The notes under the pieces: generated by a model
Told to the model about the DNA's origin: nothing
Databases searched by the model: none
The model's input: the letters and a program-made list of their open reading frames with translations, nothing else
Shown: positions 39,401-51,399 of the stretch, one piece after another
Layout of the letters: every line of letters begins with the position of its first letter
Numbering within the stretch: position 1 is the stretch's first letter
Translations under genes and position numbers: made by a program
NCBI RefSeq assembly: GCF_001194135.2
Contig: NC_068988.1
Coordinates: 79,076,567 to 79,140,566, forward strand
Direction: 5' to 3'
Length of the DNA stretch: 64,000 nucleotides
From: Octopus bimaculoides
Lineage: Eukaryota

Positions 39401-41275
39401 TACCGTCACCTCAACTCCAAGCACGAAGGTTGCAGAGTTAGAGCTAAGTTACGTGCAAGGAAACGAGAGGGCATTAACGTTGCCGGATGGGCACGTCGTG
39501 CAGAGAGTCAGAGAGGTAAAAACGCCTCTATAAAGTTTTTAACGGACGAGCAGGGGCGCAAGATCTATGGACAGGAGGAGATGCAAAAAGTCTTCCATCA
39601 GCATTTCACTCGCTTGTTTGGAGGAAGCGGTTCGACAGACAGAGCGAGGGAAGGCCTTAAAGGACTTCCTAGCCGATGGACCGCGGCTTTCAACACGTGA
39701 GGCGGGATGCTGTGAAGGACTGATTACTCCCGCGGAATTTAAAGAGGTGCTGGCCGAGTGCAACAGGAAGAATTTGCTGGTGTTGGATGGTCTGCCCTAT
39801 GAGTTCTATCAGTGTATGCCGGACTTGTTCGGGACGTACTGGCTAACGTCTATACAAACTGTCAACAGAAAGGGAGAATTCCCAGTTCTGTGAGCCGGGT
39901 AGTGGTGACTTTGGTCCAGAAAGACCCGAGCAAGTAATTATAGGCCCATAACTCTACTTAATGTAGAGTTAAAGATTTTGGCCGAAGTATTAGCAAAAAG
40001 GTTTACGGCTATCGTGGAGAAGCTTGTAGGGAAAGCACAGACATGTGCAAATCAGGAAGGGCGGAGGTGGTACAGGTGTTCATTGTATCTGTAATCACTT
40101 ACCGCCTGACAGTTGTCCCTAACCCCGATTCATGGCTAAACAAGTTGGAACGACTTCTTTTCTGCTTTTTGTGGAAAAGAGGAAAGCCACTTGTGAGGCG
40201 CTCTATCTGCTGCCAGGAACCGTTAAAGGGTGAGTTAGGAATGCTTTGGCTAATGATGCGCAGGCATGCGTTAAGGCTGAGACATCCCTGGCGCCACCTG
40301 GAGGGTGATAAGATGTGGAGTCCCTGGAAGAGGAATTCTTCCCGTGACCGGCCTCTATGAAGAGATTCAAACCCGGTTTCATTAAAAGACGTAACCTGAC
40401 CTTATGACAAAAGGAGTGCCGACAGGCACACACGCTGATCCACTAGACGGGCAAGGCCGGCAGCGGGAATACCACCTCGGTATTCTATAGAGGGCTGGTA
40501 GAGGCTAAAAATGATGACGACCTAGGAGGGGCTCTGGGGTTCGATGAGAACCAGCTTACCAACCTGTTTGAAAATACTTTCAGGCTGGGGTATTTGGATA
40601 ATTACCAAAACTTCCTGAACTGGCAGTGTTATAGGAATGCTCTACCTGTTCGCGATAAGTTATCAAGGCACGGAATATCAGTGTCACCGATATGTCCAAA
40701 ATGCGGGCTGGACAACGAGACCGTTCAGCACGCTTTTGTACATTTTCGGGAGCTGTCAGGCTTGATAAGTTACGTACAACACGTGTTGTCGCATCTGGGA
40801 CGAGTACAGTTGTTGGTTGGATCTATGATTAAGATGGTATCGCCGGGTAGATCTATGATTAAGATGGTATCACCAACTGGACTCTCGATAGGGAGGAATC
40901 GTGACAGGGTCCTTCGTCTCCGGCTCCGGATTGCTGACCTACTTCAGATACCAGGACTCTGCCGCGGAGCGTGTATGAGAAAAGATGGAAGGGAAGTGAT
41001 GAAAAAAGTGGGTGTCAGGAACCCAGCTTGATTATTGATGGAGGAAGAATGGATAGCTGTGGGGCCTTACAGGTTGCCGGGTAGGTAGATAGAACTTGGA
41101 TTTAATCGATTGTTTAATTGATTCATTTTATAACATAAGGAATATCCAAAGTTATCGAATTATTTAAAATCTTGAAATTTTTAGACGAACTCATTTGACA
41201 TTTTGGGTGTAATGTTGTGTCCTGCATTGTCCTATTCCATGTATGATTTTTATAATCTTAATAAAAAATTCAAGA
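36465..41275 (+). mobile_element. Near full-length Tx1/L1-clade LINE, decayed and internally deleted, with 12-bp TSD
   Basis: ORF1 from ATG 37163 (SFSDAV; RPRCFKCGEMGNVRSNC knuckle). ORF2 from ATG 38530: CVNVRG, SYIDRV, GPRYWKMN, LDGLPYEFY, YRPITLLNVELKIL, CPKCGLDNETVQH. AATAAA at 41260. TSD GCCGAACAATCG at 36453-64 and 41276-87. RT catalytic core is absent. Confidence 0.9.
36636..37048 (-). mobile_element. SINE family A inserted in the LINE 5'UTR, carrying a ~45-bp family B head in the opposite orientation
   Basis: Family A 3' body 36636-36865; GGTGGTGAGCTGGCAGAAACGTTAGTACGCCGGGCGAAATGCTTA at 36866-36910; family A head 36911-37048. Confidence 0.88.
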
Positions 41276-41292
41276 GCCGAACAATCGAGCAG

Positions 41293-41345
41293 TCTTAATG
41301 GAAGAGGCTACGGAAATTGCCGAAACTGACGCGTCAGTATTAAGA
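41293..41345 (+). ncRNA. Type I hammerhead ribozyme motif, copy 2 (C3U4 to UG variant)
   Basis: Stem I TCTTAA/TTAAGA; TGGAAGA (41299-305); stem II GGC/GCC; GAAA; stem III ACTGA-cgcg-TCAGT; triplet GTA (41337-39). Confidence 0.8.
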
Positions 41346-41929
41346 ATTCTCGCTCGGCATTTTTCGGACGATTATGATTCCTATTAGTGTATATTTCCAT
41401 TCATGTGCATTAACTACAGCATTAGAGGAGTTTAGCTCTTATTCTAATAATGTGGGTGTTTCCTATCACCCTAGTTATATATATATATATATATATATNN
41501 NNNNNNNNNNNNNNNNNNNNNNNNNNNNNNNNNNNNNNNNNNNNNNNNNNNNNNNNNNNNNNNNNNNNNNNNNNNNNNNNNNNNNNNNNNNNNNNNNNNN
41601 NNNNNNNNNNNNNNNNNNNNNNNNNNNNNNNNNNNNNNNNNNNNNNNNNNNNNNNNNNNNNNNNNNNNNNNNNNNNNNNNNNNNNNNNNNNNNNNNNNNN
41701 NNNNNNNNNNNNNNNNNNNNNNNNNNNNNNNNNNNNNNNNNNNNNNNNNNNNNNNNNNNNNNNNNNNNNNNNNNNNNNNNNNNNNNNNNNNNNNNNNNNN
41801 NNNNNNNNNNNNNNNNNNNNNNNNNNNNNNNNNNNNNNNNNNNNNNNNNNNNNNNNNNNNNNNNNNNNNNNNNNNNNNNNNNNNNNNNNNNNNNNNNNNN
41901 NNNNNNNNNNNNNNNNNNNNNNNNNNNNN

Positions 41930-41970
<41 letters not shown>

Positions 41971-42229
41971 TCCGTTTATATATTTGTTTTGCAAGATTTT
42001 TGATGTGAAATCGTGTGTTGAAACAGATGTTGTTGTACTTGGGGATGGTCATATTGCCAGTTTAGCCAATAAAAACACACGCACTGTATATCTGGTGTTA
42101 ATTTGCTTCAGCTTTATATTACATTACCTTACATTAATCCTATTTCGACCAGAATTCTTTCGTCACACTTCTGTTACCTCATCAGTGGTCCTTTGCTTTC
42201 TTCTTTCTTATGTGTGTCCCACCTTGCTA

Positions 42230-42748
42230 ACTATCAGCCCGCTTTGTGCAGCTCCAAGTGAACAGTTGTTGTGGAAATTGGGATCTCGAGGTGGTCATTA
42301 AACTCTGCAGCAATTTTGGGAGCTGTACTTTTGTGATCCTTTCTAACAATTCACGTAAGAGTCGGATGGTCCTTATCTGAAAGCTTTGGTTTTCTTCTGG
42401 AGTTTTGTTTCGACGAGGAGGTTTTCCCCTCTTTCTCAAAGGGTGTCATTACTTTCGACACGGTACTTCTTGATACTTCAAACATTTCGGCTGTTTTCGC
42501 GATACTAGTGCCTGCCATACGAGCACCAACAATTTGACCTCTTTGAAAGTCCGATAGATCTGTCATTTTAATGAATTTTAATAACCTCTTACTGATTATA
42601 TATGAAATAGAGACAGCAATTTTAGCAAAACATATTAAGCAACACTAATAATAAATCAAAAAGCATAAAAATAAACGAGCTTTTGACGGTTTTATAGATA
42701 TTTCAAAATTATGATGCTAGGTGTTTCCATTGTTTTGTCCAACCCCTG
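42230..42748 (-). mobile_element. Tc1-like transposon, 5' TIR and transposase N-terminus
   Basis: TA followed by TIR CAGGGGTTGGACAAAACAATGGAAACAC at 42748. MTDLSDFQRGQIVGARMAGTSIAKTAEMFEVSRSTVSKVM (ORF 42351-42566) is a Tc1 HTH. Confidence 0.9.
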
Positions 42749-42857
42749 TATATATGTATATATATATATATATATATATAGTTCAAATTCATAGGAAAAC
42801 AAAAACAAAGTCAGGTGTACGAACAAAAAGCAGGTGTATTAGTTTGACACACTTTTA

Positions 42858-42894
<37 letters not shown>

Positions 42895-43068
42895 NNNNNN
42901 NNNNNNNNNNNNNNNNNNNNNNNNNNNNNNNNNNNNNNNNNNNNNNNNNNNNNNNNNNNNNNNNNNNNNNNNNNNNNNNNNNNNNNNNNNNNNNNNNNNN
43001 NNNNNNNNNNNNNNNNNNNNNNNNNNNNNNNNNNNNNNNNNNNNNNNNNNNNNNNNNNNNNNNGAGAA

Positions 43069-43133
<65 letters not shown>

Positions 43134-43749
43134 AAGAGAGAGAGGTGGGGAGAGTGAATAGATAGGAATGAATTACGCAGGTGGGTACTGTTGCTGCACA
43201 CTGAGTAATCTTAAATCGTATCCACAAAAGGGGCCATCTTTCTGGTTGTCATAAAGTTCCTCAAGGCCTCTAGTCCAAGGATGCGTTCTCCCTTGACCTC
43301 AGCCTTTTCTATCACTACTATAAGGGCTTCTATTCCTTGCAACTAGTTGGTGTTCTACCTTCTCTATTCAGGCACTCCCGACCCACGCGTCACATTTGCA
43401 GTGTATCCTCTCATCCCAGATCCTTCATAAGTATCTAAATTTAGTTCTTCTTTCCGAAAATATCAACCTCTGGATTTCGAGTCCTGCGCTTACATTTTTA
43501 AATTACGTTTCTAAAAATTTCCTCGGATTTTTTTGTTTTAAACACACTTGGAAATTCCTTTCAGAACGCCTCCCTTAACATTTCAAAAGGCCCGAAGATT
43601 CCTCATCCTCTACTCTATAGTGATGAAACAAATGCAACAGATTCTCGATACTATTATCACTCATGCAGTGTTTGCTTTCCATGAATCTAATGTTGGATGA
43701 AATAAATGAGTTCAAATGATTGGCGATCTTTATTAAATCCATTTGAGAT

Positions 43750-44120
43750 CAAATACCTCCGCGGTCGAATTTGCCTTTCATAATTTAGGGATCAATAAAA
43801 TAAGTGCCAGTTGAGCAAGGGGTTCGATGCAATCAACCTTAGCTCGTCCTCCGAAATGTCTGGCTTTGTGCCAATATTTGAAACCAATATTATTATTAGT
43901 AAGACGGCTGACTGGCAGGATCGTGAACATGCCGGGGAAAATGCTTAGCGGTATTTCATCTGCCTTTACGTTCTGAGTTCAAATTCCGCGGGGATCGACT
44001 CTGACCTTCATCATTTTGGGGTTCATAATATAAGTACCAGTTGAGCACTGGGGTCGATATAATCGACTTACCCTCTTACCTGAAATTTCTGGCTTTGTGC
44101 CAAAATTGGAAGCCAATAAT
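43750..44120 (+). mobile_element. Two tandem SINE family B copies (3' part 43750-43895; full-length 43902-44120)
   Basis: Both carry AAGT.CCAGTTGAGCA..GGG.TCGAT..AATC and TGGCTTTGTGCCAA.A.TT.GAA.CCAATA.TATT tails. Fainter remnants occur to ~44920. Confidence 0.8.
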
Positions 44121-45429
44121 TTTATTAGTGATTGTGGACATAATCTCTTGGTTAATTATTGCGAGAAGATGTGGTGTACTTTATTTGTTATAGACGCTTT
44201 TATATCGTTGACTAAGTTTAATCTACGCTTTGTTTATACACTAGATATGTTTTCATAATTGTTAACCAATTTTGTAGGGAAATGGATGGCAAAAGGCAAA
44301 GTCTGGTATGAAGCAAGATATAGAGTTACAATCTGTAAAATGCTGCACAATTTGCATGTTTAGTATTTACTCCCTGTCATTTACATTCTGTGTTCGAATT
44401 CTGTCAAATTCAAATCTGCTTTTCATCCTTCTATATGCCATAAATAAGGTACCAGTTAAATAGTAACGATAGGTATCATAATAGCGATAGGTGTCATAAA
44501 CGTAACCACTACAAAAGGTGCTTTGTAGTAGTTACATTTATGAAGGGAAGTTGCGATGGAACTGGAGCACTAGTAAAATTGATTTGTGGTCAGTTTTACC
44601 TTTCATTCTTCAGGATTGACTTGAAAACTGGAATTATTATAATTGACTACATTCATGTCTATAACTTGCTGCTTACTATCGAGGAGGAAATCAATATTTA
44701 ACACATTTTATCGACAGTTGAGTTGTAGAATCAGTACAGCTCTGAACAATATACACTGCAATATATAGTTAAGTTCCTTTACAATTTCAGTCAAAATCCC
44801 ATTACGGTCACCTCTGTCTTTTATTCTTTCTAGGTCGATACTAGCTGAGTACTGGAGTCGATTTAAAATGACACTTCTCCACGAAGTTGTGTGGCCACAA
44901 ATTTGGGAGTTAAAGGTATATAAAACTAGTCTAGGGTTTGAGGGAATTATTTAACATCTATTTCAATAATTCTGTACTTAGTTTTAAATTATTCGTGTTG
45001 CTTTTATTTTTCTATACATTATTGAGTTATGGATCAATGCAAAATGAAAAGCGAAAGAAATTAGAGGAGGAGACACAGAAACCATCGCACACCCACACAC
45101 TCTAAACCAACACAGTTACAAACAACTCCAACACTACAAACACCAGTAACATTACAACCATCTCAACAAACGAAAACACATAACAATCCAGACCAACAAC
45201 ATGAACAGCACTCCCAAGGGATCATCAATTAGACGTCCATAGACACAAAAACTCAATAAATCATATTCAAAAATACTCAGATTTTACTCTAAATGAATAC
45301 ATCGCACTTCTACACAACACTACTATTCACATGAAAATTATAAAAACAACGCAACAAACTGAAAGCAAAATATTCGAAAGGCGTGGGAGCTGTTCGCGGG
45401 ACCATAAACAAATGACTCTACAAATATAT

Positions 45430-45615
45430 GCTTGTGGAGACACTCACAAGTAGGCTATTTTCGGTGGATATGAGATTTACTTACCTCCATTCCAACTGGG
45501 AATGGGAAAGGAATTGCATTATTGTTCCGGAAATGTCTGAAGTTCAAGATAAGGGCCAACATCCTGGATCCAAATGATAAGTCGGTGGTCCTGAATCTGA
45601 AGCGTAAGAGATATT
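45430..45615 (+). mobile_element. Tx1-type APE endonuclease fragment
   Basis: TGNGKGIALLFRKCLKFKIRANILDPNDKSVVLNL resembles G.A.LFRK...LDP.GR.VVLD. Confidence 0.55.
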
Positions 45616-45685
45616 AAAACTCGGAGTAGAATTCAATTCTCAAAAGGGAAGAAGATAGGAGAGATTGATTTTAAAAACAGGAAAT

Positions 45686-45725
45686 GTGACTAAAGGTGAC
45701 TAAAGGTGACTAAAGGTGACTAAAA
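45686..45725. repeat. (GTGACTAAAG)x4 10-bp tandem repeat
   Basis: Directly visible. Confidence 0.95.
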
Positions 45726-46849
45726 GTGGACTGACTCGGTCTGTGAACGATTGGCAGTTTATGATGGTAGCAGTTCACTGTGAGCCTTTGATATAGAGCG
45801 TTGAGTCTCGTGTAATAGTATATACCAATTTACATATTAAACATATTCCTGAAAACTGGTACGTATATATTAATGACTTGCAGGCACACGTTATGCAACC
45901 ATATATTACCATGTATATACATACATACACACACTTAGTTACTCACTCACGTATAAGGATATATACATATGGTGGTCAAGTTCCTATGCGAAGTCTTCTA
46001 AAACGGCAGCTTGATTCGAATCCAGGCTTCGAAAATTTGTTTCCTTGTCTCACGGGCCTTTAACGTCCAATCATCCGTCAAAATTCACCTTATAAAGTTA
46101 GTACTTGCCGAAATTCCAGGAAAGAAACTAGCTTCTTGAAAAAAGACTGTTCTCTTTACTTCTGCTTGTATAGTGCTGTCTCCCTTCTCTCCTTCCCTCT
46201 CCCCCCCTCTCTCTCTCTTTGTTTCCAAAGTCTAACGTTGATGTCATATACTATTTTACCAACACGCATTAAATTTTTCAACAGCTATAATCCATGTCTC
46301 TACGATTAGCTCATTTTATCTTCTATGACTAGTTTCCCCTCTTATATCACCAAACAAAGACATTTCCAAATATTTATAGCCCAATTGTTACGTATAATGG
46401 AAAATATTCCTACATACTAGAAGCGTCACTAGATTAAAACCATTAACTAGACATGCTTAACGTATGCGCATCGATGGAAAGCCAGAGGCTGCAGCGTTTG
46501 CAAAAGAAAGTGGAATAGGCCTGTGTGACATATACAATGGCAGTGTAAAAAGAATGCGCTGGTCTGAAATGATGCTGCTATGGCTGAATTAAATTCGAAT
46601 TATGCTCTAGATGAAAATCAGTATCTATACAACGTATATTGCAGTGTGCCAGGTTTTTTTTTTTATATGAAATCGTTTGTTGAGTGAGATGTTGCTGAAG
46701 TCTGGTTGGGTCATTGTGCCAATACGACCTCACGTTTTGATTCTAGTTCACTTCTTTTTAAGATTATTATTCAACTGGTAAACTAATTAATTGATATATT
46801 TCTTGACTACTCGTTTGATTGACTAATTGAAAGTGTTGTTGATGCCAAG

Positions 46850-47010
46850 TGCACCAGCTTTGCTTTCACTGACTGGAATATTGTTCCCTTTGACTAGAAC
46901 CCACTGGTCAGTGATGTAAGACTGCCAATAGATCTGGCTATACGGAAACCATACTGGCCGTCATTAAGATGACAGAGGGAAGTATTTGAGAGAGTGCACC
47001 AGGACGATGG
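46850..47010 (-). mobile_element. LINE RT fragment (Jockey/CR1/I group)
   Basis: LNDGQYGFRIARSIG on the minus strand matches the QYGFR..RS RT motif. Confidence 0.6.
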
Positions 47011-49089
47011 TTGATATGCTTACAGTGATGGTATAATGAGGATATACTTATAGTGATTGTACAGTGACCATACTGTGATAATATACTGATAATGATATAT
47101 ACCTATGATCCTGGAATATCATGAAGGATGTCTGCAAATGAAAAGAAGCTCATGAAAAGTTCATTCAAGCAACTATATAATTGTCTAAAAAGTGAAATAG
47201 GACCAGTACAAGTTTTAATTGGTAAAACGACCTCCCGAGCTACAACGCGCGCGCGCGCATAAACACAAGCACATTAATACGCCTGTACGCCTGCATGTGC
47301 GTGTATGGTATGCACGCGCAACACGTAAGTATTTGCGTGTAGAAAGAAGAGTAGATTATTACAGAATCGTTTGAATATGTGTATTTACGTGTGTTTGTAA
47401 GTATATGGTGCTTAAGTATGTCGAATTTGTGTTTGCGTAATTATCACGATATATGACATGGCGATAAAGAAGGAAAAGAGTTGCATCAAACATTATTATT
47501 CAACCATAGAGTATCAACGATTAAGAGATTAAGAAAAAAATTATCAGAACCTATTTTGTTGAAATCTGACCTAATATCTTTCTGAAGTTCGTGAAATATA
47601 CTCAGTAAATTACTTGGGTTACAGTTAAATTGAATGCTTTGTGCCATATTTCTTTCGTTTTGGTCTATATTTGTATGAGCATATGTAAAATGTATGTATG
47701 CGCGAGTTCATGGAAATTGTTTTGGTGTGTTCCTTAGAAGAAGAAATATGCTTACATAATTTAACAATGTTTTTAGACTCTGAAAAAACAATCGATGTTT
47801 CAAAATACAGCTTTTGTGTGCCCTCTTTTCAAGCGAAAAAACGATTTTGCAGTGAACCATAAATAATATTGACCAGATCAACACATTTTGTTCTCTTGTG
47901 GAATGAGTTTTATAACGATACAAATGTAAATAGTAACCCTTCATTTAGGCATTGTTCTCAAATCAAATTATTTTAATAGGTAAAAACGACCCTCCTAGGC
48001 TACAACACACACACACAAACACACACACACTCACACACACACATACACACGCACATACACACACAAGCACACTCATACGCCTGTACGCGCGCGTGTGCGT
48101 GTGGTATGCGCAATATTTGTGAATTAAACTACCATCCGCTACTTATTTGATTAATACACGCTTACATAAACACACATAACCCACCTTTATTCATACATAA
48201 GCGTGCACGTGTGTAGTGTTTCAAAGAATTTACGTCAATAGTAGTAACTGGATATTCCTTGGTTATTTTGAAAACATCATTACAGGAAGAATTTTATAGA
48301 GAAAGGTAAATTAATATAATTGCTTTTGAAATTGTATTTTGTTTGAAATATTTGATTATTTAGATGATGTAAAAGTTCCAGTAAATAGTCGTGAATGTTC
48401 AATCTAGGTTGGCAACTCTTCTGGAAGCTTGAGTCCTTGTTATAAGTTTGTCAACTCTAACTTGAAAGTTGTAATCTATTATTTTTCACGTTAAGAAGTA
48501 AACTATCTTAACTATAAAACGAAATCGAAAACAGTCTGTTTATAATATTATTCTGCGATTGTCCAACAAAATAGAAGTTGTGTCAGCCCTTATTTCTATA
48601 AAAGTTCATATTACTGGACTTGAAGCTTTAGTTCCAATAGACGAAGTATTGGAAGTTGCATTACTGAGCCGCTTTGTCACAAACGTCTCATTAATACAGA
48701 TCTAGTTATGGTTCTACGAGTCTTAAAATGTGGCCTTGAGGTAATTAATACCGCTTGTGAAGGGATTTGGTATGCAAAATCAGTGTGTGTGTGTGTGCGC
48801 GCGTTTATTTATATTCTGTGTGGTCACACTGAAGCTCTGCCACTAGTGACAATGTTTGTTGAGTTCAAACTCATTTCCCGATCGTCTCACCAAAACTGAT
48901 CTGAGTGAAGTAGTGAAGGCAACAAAGCTGCCCTTCCTTTATCTGGTATCCCAGACTTCATCTGGTATCTCAGATAAAAACTTGTCTAAATGTTTTTAAT
49001 ACAACCACATATACACTTCGTAGATCACTGAGTGTTTTGAGTTTTCTTCTCTTTTTGTCTTGTTTTTTCTTTAACAATGTATTGAAAAG

Positions 49090-49860
49090 TTGCGGATAAA
49101 TGAACCCAAGATTGTTCGTGTATTGGATCCTTACTCTAGATGGAGAGGGTGGCAGGCTTGTTACTATACTGTGACGTCCATTTCGATGACAAGTATAGTT
49201 TTCAATTTCGATGTTGGGTGCTAGACTTTACATGTCATTCGCGTTTTCTATGCAGAGCATACAGACTCAGTTCTTTTACCCTCTTCAAGTGATGCATCTG
49301 TTGCACCTTTTTGCTGTTGTATAACCTCGAATTCCGCTGTTTGTTTGACTCTCTGTGACAGCCTTCATTAGGGGCAGTAATCTAGGTGACTGAGAAGGAA
49401 TGTTCTCCATAGGGAACAGCATCGTTTCCTTTTCCCATGACGTGAATGATCTCAGAATCTAACAAGACTGTCGCTTGCACATTATTACTATCTTAGTAAT
49501 GTGTACTCTAAGAATGTTTGGAATTTCTCCCCGTTCAACTGTATGTTGGTTTCTTTACCCCTCTGCGTTCAGGTCTTTCTGTTGTTTTCAATTATCGCTA
49601 GGATCCTTGAATTATTAGCTTAGCAGATAAGAGTAGCTGACTATATGACTGACGGCCTGTCAGAGAGAACCACCACGAAGACTAGTGGTTCTCTATAACT
49701 TCCTGACGGATCCCGCTTTGAATCGTCTTCTCAGAGCGAGTATCTTATGGTTCCTCTCTATCAAAAAGTCACGTGGCCAGTCTCTTAGGTTTTCCATCGA
49801 TAATAATTTCACGCACTTTTTGAAATATTCCGTGATCGGCTTTGTTGAAGGGCTTACCAA
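49090..49860 (-). mobile_element. CR1/L2-group LINE RT and C-terminal fragment
   Basis: KPFNKADHG (KAFDKVDH-like), QKDLNA, QLNGEKFQ, SHLDYCP and LKELSLYAL.RKRE across frameshifts. Confidence 0.75.
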
Positions 49861-51399
49861 AATGCATACATGTATGCACATGCGCGCGCGCACACACATA
49901 TGTGTGTATGTATATGCACATATATATATATGTATGTATATATATATATATATATATACATATATGTGTGTGTGTATATATATATATATATAAACACACA
50001 TACACACCTTAATTTTAAGTTTTTCATCCGTTTATCATTTAAAATGAAAACGACATTAAGAAGATTCGACGTTCTAACCTTCGGTTCAAGAAAACACCAT
50101 TTTGATACCACTATGAAACGGAATAACTATAGCCTTTGCTTTTAATTAATATCTACTATAGCGCTACCAAAACTCTTTCGTATTACAATTTCTACTTTAG
50201 TATTCAGTTCGAAATGAATATATATATACAAAAGGACAAATAAAGACAAAGTGTAAGGTAAAATACAAAATAATATCGTTTGTCTTAAATAAAATATCCA
50301 CATTTGAATTTTTTTATTTGATTAAGATTTAATTTTGTAATGTTTCTTTAGGGAAATAGCTGAAATGTAATTTAGACTATCTATACCAACTAATTTTGTT
50401 CAGTGTTTATCATTTACTGTATTCATTTCGCTGTGACGAAGCTGGGATATGGCTCTCTGTGATATAAGCGACTAATTCTACTCCAATACTTAGTTTCCCG
50501 ATTTTGTAAGAATAAGGGAAAGCAAAATTGACTGGAACTCAGAACGTAAATGCGCCTGCGCAAAAGACATCATGTATATTGTAAGACGTTCTACCATCAC
50601 GCGTAAGGATAAATACAAAGTCACCTTGCTTAGTATATAAATACATACAAATTCAATTTCATGTTAATGATGCTGTTTTTGTTGCTTAGCTCTTGAACAA
50701 CATTGTCTAAAAGACATGCAATCAATAGGCATACCATTCATAAAATTCTGTCTTTGTATAAGTAAAAGTACATTGTTGAATGTGATCTTTACATTTTTAA
50801 GACAACAAGGTGTGAATTGACGAAAATTCAACTGATATTTCTAGTGAATCTTTTTATAGAGAAAGATTCATCTAATTGGGTACAAACGATAGCAATCATT
50901 ATATCTGTAAATGTTGATTATAACATATTTGTGTTCTCAAATCGAATATTATCGGAGTCAATTGTGCATTTTATCATGCTGGGTTACGTAAAGTAAGTAC
51001 CAATATTATACTGAAGTATCATTAATACATGCTACACTACAATTTTATTCCGCGTTAAGGAAGAACACTGGCAATAAAAGAATAGTTGTCCAGGGTAATT
51101 GCTTTAATGCAAAATATTTTCATTTATAGATCTTGTTAGAGAATATCGAATTCAATGAGTCCGTTGTCTTTATTTTTTTTTTATTAATCCTATTGACTAA
51201 TGCCGAAGAAATTATCTGGTGTGCATTGATTGACTCTAGACCTACTTCAGTCTAGTTTTCAAAACACTAAAAGTTGGGACAGAATAATACCCATGCAGTG
51301 AACATTTTTGCTGCCAGTTTAGATAGATAATGATGCTATGTAGTGGGGTAAAGTCGTATACATAATGATGACAGACACACTCCAACGCCTGGCCCACTG

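Noticed and set aside
43200-43600. Possible Tx1 linker fragment on the minus strand
   Set aside because: Similarity by eye is too weak to list as a feature.
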